Shown: positions 27,801 through 40,103, counted from the first letter of the whole stretch. The stretch: 60,739 nucleotides of DNA, filler included, from Platydemus manokwari (GCA_037951405.1; 5 parts of 5 records of this genome joined end to end with filler, not necessarily neighbours in it), one strand, 5' to 3'. Numbers and translations: made by a program. The notes: a model not told the origin generated them from the sequence alone.

Positions 27801-29624
27801 ACTATATATTCATCAAAATAATATTAGTGAAAAACTTCTCATTCAACCAAATGATTAAAAATGGCATACTTTAGTCAGAGTAGAAGAAATGAGTCTCTAG
27901 CTAATTGTTCGTCATCGCAATTTTTTATACTGAATTATTCCTTTAAATTTCTAATTGTGAAAAAGAATTCACTGTCTTCTAAAGAAATATTTCACTTTTT
28001 GTCGAACATTATAAAAGAACTACAAGCTAATTAATACTCAAATGTTGTGTCAAATGTTCATTTCATTGATTTTTTGTTTATTTTAAAATATTAAAGTATG
28101 TTAAAACAATATATATAATTTTCAACGTAAAAATGTTTTTGAATAATTATGATTTTTTTTAGTTCTGTGTAAGGAAAATATATTGATCAATTTATTTTTC
28201 AGTTTTTAAATTAATTTTTTGAATAAATTTAATTTAAAATTTTATGTTTCATGAGGCTTTTTCATCAAAGTTTAATCTCAAATAACTCTCAGGAAACCAG
28301 TATGTAAGCAACAACACACATTCACTAACACAAACATTCATTTGGGACTCACCGACCAATCAAAACCAATATAACAAAATTATTGTAATCAACCAATCAA
28401 AATCAAGAAAAACGAAAAATAAAGGAATCGAAAATTTGAAAACTTAAAAAAATTCCTAACAAAAATATGCAGATAGATCTCACAAGCATTTAAATAACTT
28501 TCATGAAGTAGACTTGACTTTTTATGATAAAATTTTTTGCAACTGTCATTTATGATTAGGACGACTGTAATTAATTCCTTTTCTTGCCGTTTCTTTCGTG
28601 CAATTTTGAGAACTTTTGGTTTAATTAGATTTATTTCAATTTCAAATGTTTTAAATATGCAAGTACCGGTGAATACATGATAATTGTGACTGCATCCTGG
28701 GATTTTCTAGCGTAGATTTTATTTCAAAGCAACTATAGGGACCCTAGTTGAGATTGATAAAAAGCATCAACTTCTTATAGAATAAAAATTTGATTTACTT
28801 AATTCGAACATAAAAGTAATCAATAATTCATATTTTCACACAATACAATGACTTAAATTTTCGATTTGATGATTGCACTACTTACAACTACTCTTGCCAA
28901 ATACTAAAATCAGGAAATTATTGATGATGTCTATAATGCAAAAGTATGTAAAGGTAATAATATAGGAAGATATATTAACTGTTCTCGTTTCTATAAACGT
29001 AGAAAATGTTAAAAAACAAGACTTAAATTGTTATTTTATCAAACAATAATTGCTGTCTCAACTGTGTTAATGATTATTTATGCCTGGATATCACGATAGA
29101 AATATACGATTCTCTTATTAAGTAAAATTGGAGGATTTGTTTTCGATCCAATTAAATTATTAATGAGGATAAAATAATGAGTTATTGGATTCACAAGAAA
29201 AATAATTAAAAGTGTAAATCAATAATTTAATTTAATAAATATTTATTAGAGTATATCGATTATTTATTAGTTCTTTGTTCACTTGATAAATCAAATAATT
29301 TTTTAGGTAATCAATATTGCATCCATTTTAAGTCGATCTTTTTTAAGAAAGCCATTTAATTCCAAAATAAATTCTTAAATTTGAAAAACCACGTTATCTA
29401 TAATATTTAAACAAATCCACAATTTATTTAACTATTATTAATGTTGTTTATTAAAAGATTTTTTAGTTTATAAATTTCGTACAATAGTTTAAGTTAAATG
29501 GGCTTAAGTTAAGATAAGGGTCCTCTGACCTATTTTCGTGATAATGAATTTTCGTGCATGTGATAATTTTATAACTTAATTTTATATATAACTGCTATGG
29601 TTGATTTATTCGTATAACTTAGTT

Positions 29625-29724
29625 NNNNNNNNNNNNNNNNNNNNNNNNNNNNNNNNNNNNNNNNNNNNTTAATTAATTAANNNNNNNNNNNNNNNNNNNN
29701 NNNNNNNNNNNNNNNNNNNNNNNN
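29625..29724. other. Artificial contig-joining spacer
   Basis: Same N44-TTAATTAATTAA-N44 structure. Confidence 0.97.
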
Positions 29725-29895
29725 CTCTTATCTGTTTGGAGTCCAGATAAGTTGAAGATTAGGGTAACCATCAATTGGGAATTTAATAGCGTTATCTGAA
29801 AACCCTTCTGATCCTACAGCGTTAATCAATATCTTTTTACAAATTGTGCATTTGTAATTTGATCTTATTCTATTAACACCCATCAATCTTTAACA
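29725..29895 (-). repeat. Repeat copy truncated by the contig start; probable LTR 5' end (begins TGTTAAAG on the minus strand)
   Basis: Reverse complement of 39111-39287 with 3 substitutions and a 6-nt indel; identity stops exactly at a TG dinucleotide on the inner side of both copies. Confidence 0.75.
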
Positions 29896-31243
29896 ATATG
29901 TTATATGTTTGACGAAAAAAGTATAAATAAATATTATCAAAAATTAATTTTCAATAAGTACACTAACCACCAATCATATCATAAACTCATTATTCGTAGC
30001 TATTCCTTAAAAACCATTTGTAACTTATTTCGTTGAAAACAATTAAACCAGACAAAATCCACTTAAGATTATGTTCACTCAATATATTATTTTATATACT
30101 TAAAACAGATAATAATGTTTTTTACTCTAGAATTTCACTGTTTATAAATGACTAGCCAATCATGTAATTTCTTGGATTTAAGAGTTTAAATAGAAATTTA
30201 GTTGAAATTAGAAATGGACTTCTGAAAATTTTGAGAAAACTTTAAAATTTGAAACTAATAGTTTATAGTTTTGAAATAAACTTAATGCTTTTATTGATTA
30301 ATTCATTAATTGATATCAATATATTTGATATTCTAGATACTTCGTGGTTTTGATTAAGTAACAATATGTCATAAAATAATAATAACAATTAAACCGGAAA
30401 TGTTGCTCTTTTTAAATAACTGACCCATTATTTTCTTTGGTTCGGTGAGCAGTAAATGAGGCCCTTAACATCAAGTCCCTTTGCCCATTTATTAGAAACC
30501 CCAGAGCCCTTAATATAGAAGCTACTACTAAAATTTTGTAACCCTCAGAGAAGATCAATTTACTGAAGTTAAGCCTAGTGAATTCTCCGATTCAGCTAAG
30601 AGATTTGTGCTCTGTAATTTCTCCAGAAAAAAAATATTTAAATTCTAAAATTACTAGCGATGTTTTAAATGAATAACATCATTTCAAAAAGCACATTTAT
30701 TGACAAATAAAACACTTCTGGAATTGTTGCACAATTTACCTTCGTTTAAGTGTATAAAGTAGAATTTAGAATCAAATCACTGTATCAAAGTATCATAATT
30801 GCATTTTTTAATCGCAATAAACATTTTAGTAGCAAAACGAGTCCAGCTATTCATTAAGATGTTAGCCACAAGGACCACAGCTTCATTAATAAATCATTCA
30901 CCATCTTTTTGAGAGTGTTTTGGTGCAAAAGTAAGTTAAACGAGACTGATAAAATCCTTGACAACATAGTTGAGACAGTTAAAGAAGCATTAATAGGATT
31001 TAAAACATTAAACTCATTATCTTCATATAAATTGTTGAACGTCGAGGCGCAGAAAGATCAAGTAATTAAAATTCAAATACTAAATGGGAATCTAAATGAT
31101 TAGATTTTTAATACATAGACAGTGAGTGTCAAAATCATCAACAATAAAAATAATAATTATAAAATAATATAAGCAAACTATTAAAATCAATATATTTGAA
31201 ATAAAAATCAATTTACAATTTTATTAGGAAATTAATTATAATT

Positions 31244-32425
31244 CTATTGAGATTCAACAAATCTCAAATATACTTGATCTATTAACTTGACCGTAAATAA
31301 TTTACGGCAACTTGAATCAATCTTTCGAAAGATGAAAACACCATCATTTTTGAGATATTTATCAACAAATTCAATCAATTTAGATTCATTGATAATGTTA
31401 CCGTTTTCATGTAGGAGATTTTTCACAAATTTCCTTTTGATGATTGGGAATGATGTTAACAGCAACCATTGAAGTAAGGAAATTACATTGAACAGTGTCA
31501 AGAATAACAAATAAATCCAAGTTACGATAATGATTTTCTCATTAAGAACATTCGCAGGAATTGTACACTGAAAAACGTTGGTGTTTATGGCACTTAGTTT
31601 CTTAATATCATCTACTAAACAGAATGTTGTTGTTGGAAACATTCTCGTTTCTTTCCATGTTTTTCCATTGAAAAAGACATCGATAATAAGATTTGGAAAT
31701 GTAATCCACTGTTCATTAGTGTAAGAGAAAGATTTCTCAAAAGCAAACAACTGTAAAATAGAAATAGATAGGTAAGAAACTTTTACAAGAACGTAATTGC
31801 TAATGAGCCACGTGCCATGTCTTTTACTGAAAGAGAAAACACTGAAATATCTTGCAAAAAATTTTCTAAAGGAAGTAGCATAACCCTCGTTAAAATTTCG
31901 TCGATTAACATAATAAGCTTTATTAAATTTTTCAGAGATTTCACTGATAATTTGATTACTATTCCTGCTTATAATCGAATCAGCTTTGAAAGCTGAATGT
32001 GTAAAGTCCATTAACTCGTAACATGATCGGCTTTGACAAATGATATTCCAGTAAATTTCAGGTAAAAGAAATATTATTCCTTGTATTCCTATCATGATCG
32101 CCATGAATTGAACATAGAATATTGTGTAATTATTCTTGAATTTTGACCAATCAACTCGTGTTTGAGGTATTCTTTCATTGGGTAAAATAGCTATTGTTCC
32201 TTTAGCATAACAATAGGCATTTATAAGTGAGTTTTCAAAAATATGATAAGTAGTGAGACATTCGAAATTATTGATCAGGTAATTATTTGAAACTAAAATT
32301 ATGGACATCACAACAAATAGAAGAGGAGTAAAATAAGAGTTTATTTTATCTAGTTGGCTATTGAAATATTCTGTGTTAAAAATACGAACTGAATTAGAGT
32401 GCTTAATAACATCTAAACCCAACAT
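31244..32425 (-). CDS. inx: Innexin (gap-junction protein), divergent, intronless, 393 aa
   Basis: LDKINSYFT before TM1; two Cys in each extracellular loop (FECL..AYCY; FPTTTFC..QCTIPANVLNEK); Pro in TM2; SKRHGTWL; YLKNDGVF tail; four hydrophobic segments. Confidence 0.95.
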   Translation of the reverse strand: MLGLDVIKHSNSVRIFNTEYFNSQLDKINSYFTPLLFVVMSIILVSNNYLINNFECLTTYHIFENSLINAYCYAKGTIAILPNERIPQTRVDWSKFKNNYTIFYVQFMAIMIGIQGIIFLLPEIYWNIICQSRSCYELMDFTHSAFKADSIISRNSNQIISEISEKFNKAYYVNRRNFNEGYATSFRKFFARYFSVFSFSKRHGTWLISNYVLVKVSYLSISILQLFAFEKSFSYTNEQWITFPNLIIDVFFNGKTWKETRMFPTTTFCLVDDIKKLSAINTNVFQCTIPANVLNEKIIIVTWIYLLFLTLFNVISLLQWLLLTSFPIIKRKFVKNLLHENGNIINESKLIEFVDKYLKNDGVFIFRKIDSSCRKLFTVKLIDQVYLRFVESQ

Positions 32426-33276
32426 TGTTAAAATTAATATTCAAAATAAATTTTACAAACAAATTTTTATAATCTTAAAATTCCAATTCGATTGCTTATT
32501 TAAAACATTAATAGATATTGAAAATTTTAATTAATATATAACTTTGGTTAATAGTTATTTTTAAATGTTACAATTATTTACTGAAAAATATTTTTTTAAA
32601 AACTATATATTAAAAATTACGTCATTTGAAAATCAATATAAATTAGTTCATTAAAATAGGATAAATTTAATACATTTTTACGCATTAAAATTATAACAAT
32701 AAATTTTAATATGTAAAATCTCATTACTTTCCTTATTTAACTGTTATTGAAGTAATTTTGTTCATTAATTAATTATGTTTAATGGCTGTAATTCTTCAAC
32801 GAAAATAGAATAACTAATATTCGAAAAAATATAGTAAAATTTAAATTTAACTTTTATTAGCCTTTACATAATTGTTTCTTTTAAGTTTTTAATTAATTTT
32901 AAATATTACGAGAATGGATTCAAATAAAGTTTTACTATTTGCTCTTGGTATTTACCATTATCCACTATTTTATGAACTAATTTTAGTCGGATTCTGATAA
33001 ATTCATACCAGAATAAAAAATTTATTGAAATAACTTTGACATTGCATCTATTCATTACTTTAATTTTAATTAATTATTTATTATAAATTTGTAACTGAAA
33101 TTTCGAATTGTATTTTAGAATTTTTCCCTTTATTCTATATTTCAAGTTTAAAATAATTAAATAATTAATTCGGTTGTTTGAATGATCTGGAAATAATTTT
33201 TCAAAATTAAAAGTATATTTCATAAAATATTTTAAATAATTTGTTTTCAAAATGAAAATTTTCGTTAATTTTAATT
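32426..33276. promoter_or_regulatory. Putative bidirectional promoter between the divergent innexins
   Basis: 851-bp extremely AT-rich interval between two head-to-head ATGs; positional inference only. Confidence 0.5.
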
Positions 33277-34470
33277 ATGTTAGGTTTAATTGTTTCAAGT
33301 CATTCTCGAGCAAATAATGATTTTAAAAATGAATTATTAACCGACTGTATTGATAAATTAAATTACAAAATTACTCCAATATTGTCCATTATTATTTCAG
33401 TTATTTTATTATCAAATAACTATTGGAATCATGAATTCGAGTGTCTCACCACCGATGATGAAGAACATTTTGCTTTTATCAATGGATATTGTTTAGCTAA
33501 GGGTACCGTAGCAATTTTACCAAATGAAATACTTCCCCAAACCAAAGTGGATTGGTCGAAGTATAAAAGTGATTTCACAATATTCTACATACAATTTCTA
33601 TCGATTATGATTGGTTTACAAGGCATAATGTTCATTATTCCCGAACTTGTTTGGAAAATAGTTTGCCATGGTAAAGCTTCCTATGAATTGATGAATTTAG
33701 CGGAAACTGTTTGTGGATCCAATCCGATAACTCCAGAAGATACCGAAAAGGCTCTGACAGATATTCATCGGAAATTTGAAATTAAAATATTTATTCATCG
33801 AGAAATACGACAAGGATATGCAACAATTGTTCGGAAGTTAATAGCTAGATATTTGTCGGTTTTGTCTTTTAGTAAACGACATGGAACTTGGCTTGTCAGT
33901 TGGTACTTTTTTATCAAGCTGTTTTATATTGGCAATTGTTGGTTTCAATTAATGGCATTTCAAAAATCATTCGATTATACTCAAGACAGTTGGCAAACGT
34001 TTCCTCGGCTTATCGTTGATATTTTGCTCAGCGTTAAGACTTGGACGGAAACGAGAATGTTTCCAAAAAATACGGTTTGCTTGGTTGATGATCGAAGATA
34101 TTTAGAAGCGATAAATACTAATGTTTATTCGTGTGTCATTCCAGCTAATGTTTTAAATGAGAAATTGATTCCTCTAGTTTGGATTTATGTGGGTTTCGTG
34201 ACGATATTGAATATCTGGTCCACTATAGGATGGCTATGTTTGATGATGATTTCCAGATTTCGCAATCAATTCGTTCATGATTTTCTACGGGAATTTGGTG
34301 AGGAGGTTGACCAATCGAAATGTTCGGTGTTTGTAAATGATTATTTGAAATGCGATGGCGTGTTTCTATTGGTGATGATCGATACGAAATGTCGACGATC
34401 ATTCAGTACTAAACTTGTTCATCGGATTTATTTGGAATTTTTGAAGAAACAAATTAAACAATCGATATAA
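33277..34470 (+). CDS. inx: Innexin, divergent, intronless, 397 aa; paralog of 31244-32425
   Basis: DCIDKLNYKIT, FECL..GYCL, FPKNTVC..SCVIPANVLNEK, SKRHGTWL, YLKCDGVF; collinear with the neighbouring innexin. Confidence 0.95.
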   Translation: MLGLIVSSHSRANNDFKNELLTDCIDKLNYKITPILSIIISVILLSNNYWNHEFECLTTDDEEHFAFINGYCLAKGTVAILPNEILPQTKVDWSKYKSDFTIFYIQFLSIMIGLQGIMFIIPELVWKIVCHGKASYELMNLAETVCGSNPITPEDTEKALTDIHRKFEIKIFIHREIRQGYATIVRKLIARYLSVLSFSKRHGTWLVSWYFFIKLFYIGNCWFQLMAFQKSFDYTQDSWQTFPRLIVDILLSVKTWTETRMFPKNTVCLVDDRRYLEAINTNVYSCVIPANVLNEKLIPLVWIYVGFVTILNIWSTIGWLCLMMISRFRNQFVHDFLREFGEEVDQSKCSVFVNDYLKCDGVFLLVMIDTKCRRSFSTKLVHRIYLEFLKKQIKQSI

Positions 34471-34552
34471 ATTTATTTATGAAATAACCATTCGCTTCTA
34501 TCTAGAGTAAATTATTGAAAAATATTTTTTGAATAGATTTTATATTATTGTT

Positions 34553-34700
34553 TATAAATTTTTATTATTAATTATAAATAATTTTTATTATAAAATTTTT
34601 ATTATTGATTATAAATTTTTATTATTGATTATAAATTTATATTACTGATTATAAAATTTTTATTGGTGATTATTAATTTTAAATTATTGATTTAATATTT
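34553..34700. repeat. Degenerate ~20-bp AT-rich tandem repeat (ATAAATTTTTATTATTGATT)
   Basis: About 6-7 imperfect copies just downstream of the second innexin. Confidence 0.7.
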
Positions 34701-35639
34701 TCTTGCATTGATAAAAGATTTCTAACCCTAATAAAATAAGTTATTGATTTTTAAATTATTTTTTTTTCTTAGTCAATTATAATTAAGGAAATTGTAAATG
34801 TAAATTATGAGCTTAATTAAATTGGTAAGTTTTGAAGTCTTTAGTTAATTTTAATTTATTGTTATTGATTTTGATTAATTGATATCTACATCTTTATCAG
34901 TCTATCGAGTTTGTTCTTGACCCTCATGTAGTCGTCATTTTGACCTTGGTTTAATGTTGTTCATTTTCCTCAATTTTCTCAACTTATCTGAAGATAAGTA
35001 GAACTGGGTAGGTAACATTTATTTAATTCATATACACAGTATTATTGTCTGATTAAACTGTCAAAGACCCCAAAACCCAACAAAATTATCAAATTTGACA
35101 TTCATGGAATCACAATCTTTACATTGAAATAGCATTGGTTATTTGAAATCCACTGAAGCCCTTGTAGTGACAAAAAGACTTATAAAATAAATATCCGAGC
35201 GAAGAGAAGATTATGGAAAGTGTTAATAACATTTACAAAATTAATTGTTTTTCCACAACCAGAATTTTCAATAATTAACATTATAAAAGACGAAGGAATA
35301 TTTGGATGATTTTCAAATATTTTATTTTGATTTCAAACAAAAGTCATTTTTCAAATATTTAAATCATTAAAAAAAATTTCATGGGAAGCACTACTGTGAA
35401 ATTTGTATTAAAGATATTTCTAATTCCAATAAAGCAAAACATGAAAAAACTAATAGACGTTTGGGAAGTAAGAATATTATGAATGAAAATCAAAAAAGTA
35501 CTAGAGAAAGTAAGAATAGACCAGTGGTAAAAGAGCTATTCGGAGGAATGTATTTTATAATAGCCATTTTATCACTTTCGTTATAGAATTCTCAACTTGA
35601 AAATATATTCTCTTATAATATTATTTATTTTTAATTCCT

Positions 35640-36760
35640 CTTCGTTTGAAAATCTCCCCATGCATCACTGTCATCTAAATTATATCTTTTGTCATCAAAT
35701 GGGGGAAATTGGATTTTTTCTTGTTCATAATAATATATTTTATGTTTATCAGAAGTAAATCCTTTATTAATATATTGTGTAGTTAAATTATTATAAATTT
35801 CATTTTTAAATTTATCTTCACAAATATCATTATATGAATTTATCCCACTTTATTATTTTATAACCATTTCATGAGTATTACTTGGATACTCTAAAACAAC
35901 CTTATAAACAAATGGATTATAGATTTTAAAATTTCTATTTTTATCATATAAACCTTTAAATGATTCTGTCCTTTTGTAAATTAAACCTGTTTTCAGGAGG
36001 TGCTCTTCACACAATTGCATTTCACCATAAGGTATGGAATTATAGTGATCATGGTCTCTTACTTTTTATGTTTCATTTGAAAATTGTTTATCATAATAAT
36101 AGCATTTAATTTGTCTTCATCTGTCATTATTATATTACTTCTTCCGTTTTCATTTAGTTGTTTTACATTAAATCTTGTTTTTGTTAAATTTCTATTGATA
36201 AGATTTATTTCATTAACAAATTTCTCAATTATATCTTTTCCACATAATTCAATATAACTGCATTCATATAATTGTTCTTAATTACTTTTAATAAGAATAC
36301 CAACTGATAAAGGTTTATGATTATAAAAATATTTTGTATCTCCTTTTTCTATATTAAAAGGAACATTAAAGGTTTCAAAATCTGCATATAATACAAATGG
36401 GTTTTTATTATTTTAATAAAATTTCTTGCAAAATAAAAAATCTTCCCTTTTAAATTAAAATCTTTGTTTAAATGCTTCATAATTTTGACATTGATCATTG
36501 ATTATTATAAATATTTTCTTATGTATGTTTATTCAAACAATTTAGAATTCCCTTTTTTAGAGAATACATTCATATTTCTACACAATATATAATGATTTTT
36601 ATAAAGTAATAAATTACATCCTAGAGGATCAAAATGACTAAAAGATATGGGTAATAAATTTTGTCTACATCAATTTCAAATGTATTAAATTCAATATTAT
36701 TTAGTTTTTTTGAATTTTTTAGTTCCTACCAAACTAATTGAAAATTCTATTCCATTTAAA
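35640..36760 (-). mobile_element. Decayed, internally deleted Polinton/Maverick protein-primed DNA polymerase B
   Basis: Minus-strand motifs in order: LNGIEF (~36750), PFVLYADFETF (~36370-36402), VRDHDHY (~36045-36062), LEYPSNTH (~35870-35895), KFKNE (~35800), PFDDKRY.LDD..AWG (~35655-35703); many stops and frameshifts. Confidence 0.8.
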
Positions 36761-37689
36761 TGAAAACAAATAAGAATAAAATAAAAATAAATTCATATAA
36801 TTATATTTGTTTAGGTTTATTTGAACCTAGCACACATTTAGAAGGGTGATGAAAGGGTTCGAACCTGATTCATGCATAATTTCTAACTTTTGATTCACTA
36901 AACCGATTTTAAAAAATTATATATCAAATTGAAGGGAATTTTATGGATATACTATTTCATTATTACTATATATTGATTTTTGACTTATTATATATTATTA
37001 TGAACAAGTAAAATGTGCAATTTCCCCATTTCATGATAAAAGATATATTTTGGAAGATGGAATACATATATTACCTTGGGGAAATATTCAGATGAAAGGA
37101 AATTAAATATTAATAATACTATAAGAAAATACATTTTCAAGCAGAGCATTTTATAATGAGTATTTGTAGAAAAACTATTATAAAATACATTTCCGACCAG
37201 AGCTTAGCAGATCACTTTGTACTGTACACCTACATTGTATTGTTCACACAAATTAGTATTAATCCATAATTTTAGCGCACGGATATGCTTTATGTATTTG
37301 TTGTTGACTCTACTATATTAATGCTATTTAAATATTATATCTCAATCGCAACATTAAAATTCATTATTGATGTCAATGGTAAAAATCAGAGTATCATTAA
37401 ATTTTCTATCAAACTGTGAACCCAATAAAATAAAGTTGCATAACAAATTAGAAGTCCAGTTCCAACAAATTACCCGATTGAAAAGTAAAATTAAAAATTA
37501 CGAAGATCCGAATCTTAATAATAAATTTATCATTAGAGATAGAGATAATAATCAAATTGTATAAAAAATTTATCAATATAGCCGTCATAAAAGTGATTAA
37601 AATAAATTATGAAAGACAACACTAAATTTTAAAGTTATTTTTCAAATATATTGAAAGTAAAACACATTAAACATTATTAATAAAATTGA

Positions 37690-38490
37690 TCACGATCTTT
37701 GTCTATGTCTGTCCTTTTTTGAATTATGTTTTGGTGATTTATCCCTTTTACTATGTTTACTTTTGGATTTTTTCTCTTTTTTCATCTTATCCAACACTTT
37801 TAAAAGTTCTTTTGGTGATAAATTTTTCCAATCATGCAGTTTTTTCGCAATTTTTTTGCGCTTTTTTTCCGATAATGCATTAATGAATTCTGATAAAGTA
37901 GGATTCGCTTTTTCATCTGAAGTTTCTGACGGGTCGACAATATGAATATTTGGAACAACTGACGCAGCTTGTTTCGATAATTGGAGACCATTACTCAACA
38001 TTCCTAATTTTTGCATGCTCAAAAGTTTAAAGTGTTCAATTGTTGGTTCTTTAGACATAGTTTGATCATACATTGGACATATCTTGTCTGAATTGACATG
38101 ACCCCACTGATGGCATCTTAAACAACGAACATTTCTAACTTCTATACCAAAAGGTTGATCATTTATATCACTAGATCCTTTACAATAATCTTCTCTAGGC
38201 GCACTATAATTTCTTTGCCATTCAAATTTCTTTTCGCCTGTGTCCTCCTTCTTTTCTACTATTGTAGGTTGTTCGTACATCCAACTTAATCCCATAATAG
38301 CATGTTTATCACCCATTGCTATTTTCTTTGTTAAAATATTTTGTTCAGCTTCTCTTGCAGCGAGTAAATCAGACTCTTTCTTCTTCTCGAATTCGTCTTT
38401 TTGTTCAGCCATCCATTTTCTTTTAATATTTTCTCCACTTGTAGGATGGAAAAACTTCTTTGACATAAAATTATGATAGCCCTTACCCAT
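37690..38490 (-). CDS. CIR1: Corepressor interacting with RBPJ 1 (CIR1; Cir_N domain), 266 aa, intronless
   Basis: N-terminus MGKGYHNFMSKKFFHP..NIKRKWMAEQK; DQPFGIEVRNVRCLRCHQWGHVNSDKICP zinc knuckle; Lys/Ser-rich tail. Confidence 0.95.
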   Translation of the reverse strand: MGKGYHNFMSKKFFHPTSGENIKRKWMAEQKDEFEKKKESDLLAAREAEQNILTKKIAMGDKHAIMGLSWMYEQPTIVEKKEDTGEKKFEWQRNYSAPREDYCKGSSDINDQPFGIEVRNVRCLRCHQWGHVNSDKICPMYDQTMSKEPTIEHFKLLSMQKLGMLSNGLQLSKQAASVVPNIHIVDPSETSDEKANPTLSEFINALSEKKRKKIAKKLHDWKNLSPKELLKVLDKMKKEKKSKSKHSKRDKSPKHNSKKDRHRQRS

Positions 38491-39110
38491 TTTGCAAAAT
38501 TGTAGTTAGAAAACTCAAAAAATTTAAAATTTCAAGTAAATAAAATAATATTTAAAATTATTTAAACAAATATTTTAATTAGTTGAATAATTAGAAATTT
38601 AAAAAATTAAGTTTCATTAAAATTTATTATTTTATTAAATTAAAAAGCTATATATTTTTAATAATAAATGTGTTTTTAAAAATTTTTAAATTAAAAAAAA
38701 ATTGTAATTAATAAATAAGTGGAATTTCGATAAAATTAATTTAATAAAATGGTAAAATTTAAATTGTTAAAATTTAATATATTGTACTTGAAATATAGGA
38801 AAATATTTTCCTCAATTATTATTCCAAAAAATATGATTATCTGTAAAATAATAATTACACAATATTATATTATTAACATATTTAATTGCTATTTATTAGT
38901 TGTTACAATTTGTTTTTGGTTAAATACGGATAATAATTGCAGATTATTGTACTAATATTATGTATTTAAAATGAACTATGATTTCTCAGTAGTGATACAC
39001 AAACGTCTATGAAAAGCAAAACAATAAAATATAATCCAGAAATATGATCTGTTGAAGCCCAAACAAGCTCAATTACAAATAAACTCAGCTTAACAAACTC
39101 AGCTTGGTAA

Positions 39111-39293
39111 TGTTAAAGATTGATGGGTGTTAATAGAATAGAGGTAAGATCAGATTACAAATGCACAATTTGTAAAAAGATATTGATTAACGCTGTAAGA
39201 TCAGAAGGGTTTTCAAATAACGCTATTAAATTCCCAATTGATGGTTACCCTAATCTTCAACTTATCTGGACTCCAAACAGATAAGAGGTTGTT
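39111..39293 (+). repeat. Repeat copy truncated by the contig end; probable LTR 5' end (TGTTAAAG...)
   Basis: Near-identical inverted partner of 29725-29895; a decayed third fragment lies at ~47117-47165. Confidence 0.75.
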
Positions 39294-39393
39294 NNNNNNN
39301 NNNNNNNNNNNNNNNNNNNNNNNNNNNNNNNNNNNNNTTAATTAATTAANNNNNNNNNNNNNNNNNNNNNNNNNNNNNNNNNNNNNNNNNNNN
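39294..39393. other. Artificial contig-joining spacer
   Basis: Same N44-TTAATTAATTAA-N44 structure. Confidence 0.97.
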
Positions 39394-40103
39394 TTATATT
39401 AAGATTTAATGATATTTTATAAGTTAGTGATGATATTGCATTATAAAAAATAAAACAATTAATTTCCCATAATAGTCTACTGGGAAATAATCAGTATTTT
39501 AAAAATTATGACCTGCAGTATATATGATATGATCTCAAACTCATATTTCCATAATGAACATACTAATAAATTCGAATCCGTAGCTTACATGCTCAATTTC
39601 ATTTTTCCATTTACATATTAAGAATTTTACAATTGTGCTTTGGCTTCGTATCAATATATTTCTCAGATTTCGTAGTAGATTTTTTCCAATTTTTACTTAC
39701 TATTTGAATCGAAATATGTAATATTTTGAAATCATTTAATTAAATTAGCGTTTAACTTCAAACACAATCAAGGAAACTATTGAAAGTAGCAACTGGAAAT
39801 GTAATTTAGCTGATAAAGCTGTTTGTTAATAGCCATAGTGATTTATGTCACGGAGATCTCACGAATTGGATATGGTTTATATGAAGCATGAATAACTAAA
39901 TATAGTTTATATAGATGTTGAATGACCGTAATTTTCTTTCATTTAATCACAAAAATCTTCGGCAAAACTGGTTTATTTTTGAATCGGCATTGGTAGAACA
40001 TAGCACATTTTGAAGTTTGCCATGTCCAAATATACGATACACATATAATAGATTTAGACGAAAGTAATTGAAAACTATTTAATTGACCAATTTTCAAAGT
40101 ACA

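Noticed and set aside
36855-36866. Pol III B-box-like GGTTCGAACC
   Set aside because: No A box or tRNA cloverleaf; no tRNA or SINE can be supported
37686-38476. Several plus-strand ORFs over CIR1 (also 31287, 41864 and 24560 over other genes)
   Set aside because: Antisense shadows of real genes
39123-39284. RING/TRAF-like YKCTICKKILINAV in the contig-end repeat
   Set aside because: The remaining RING ligands (CxH, CxxC) are absent and the frame is short; better explained as repeat sequence
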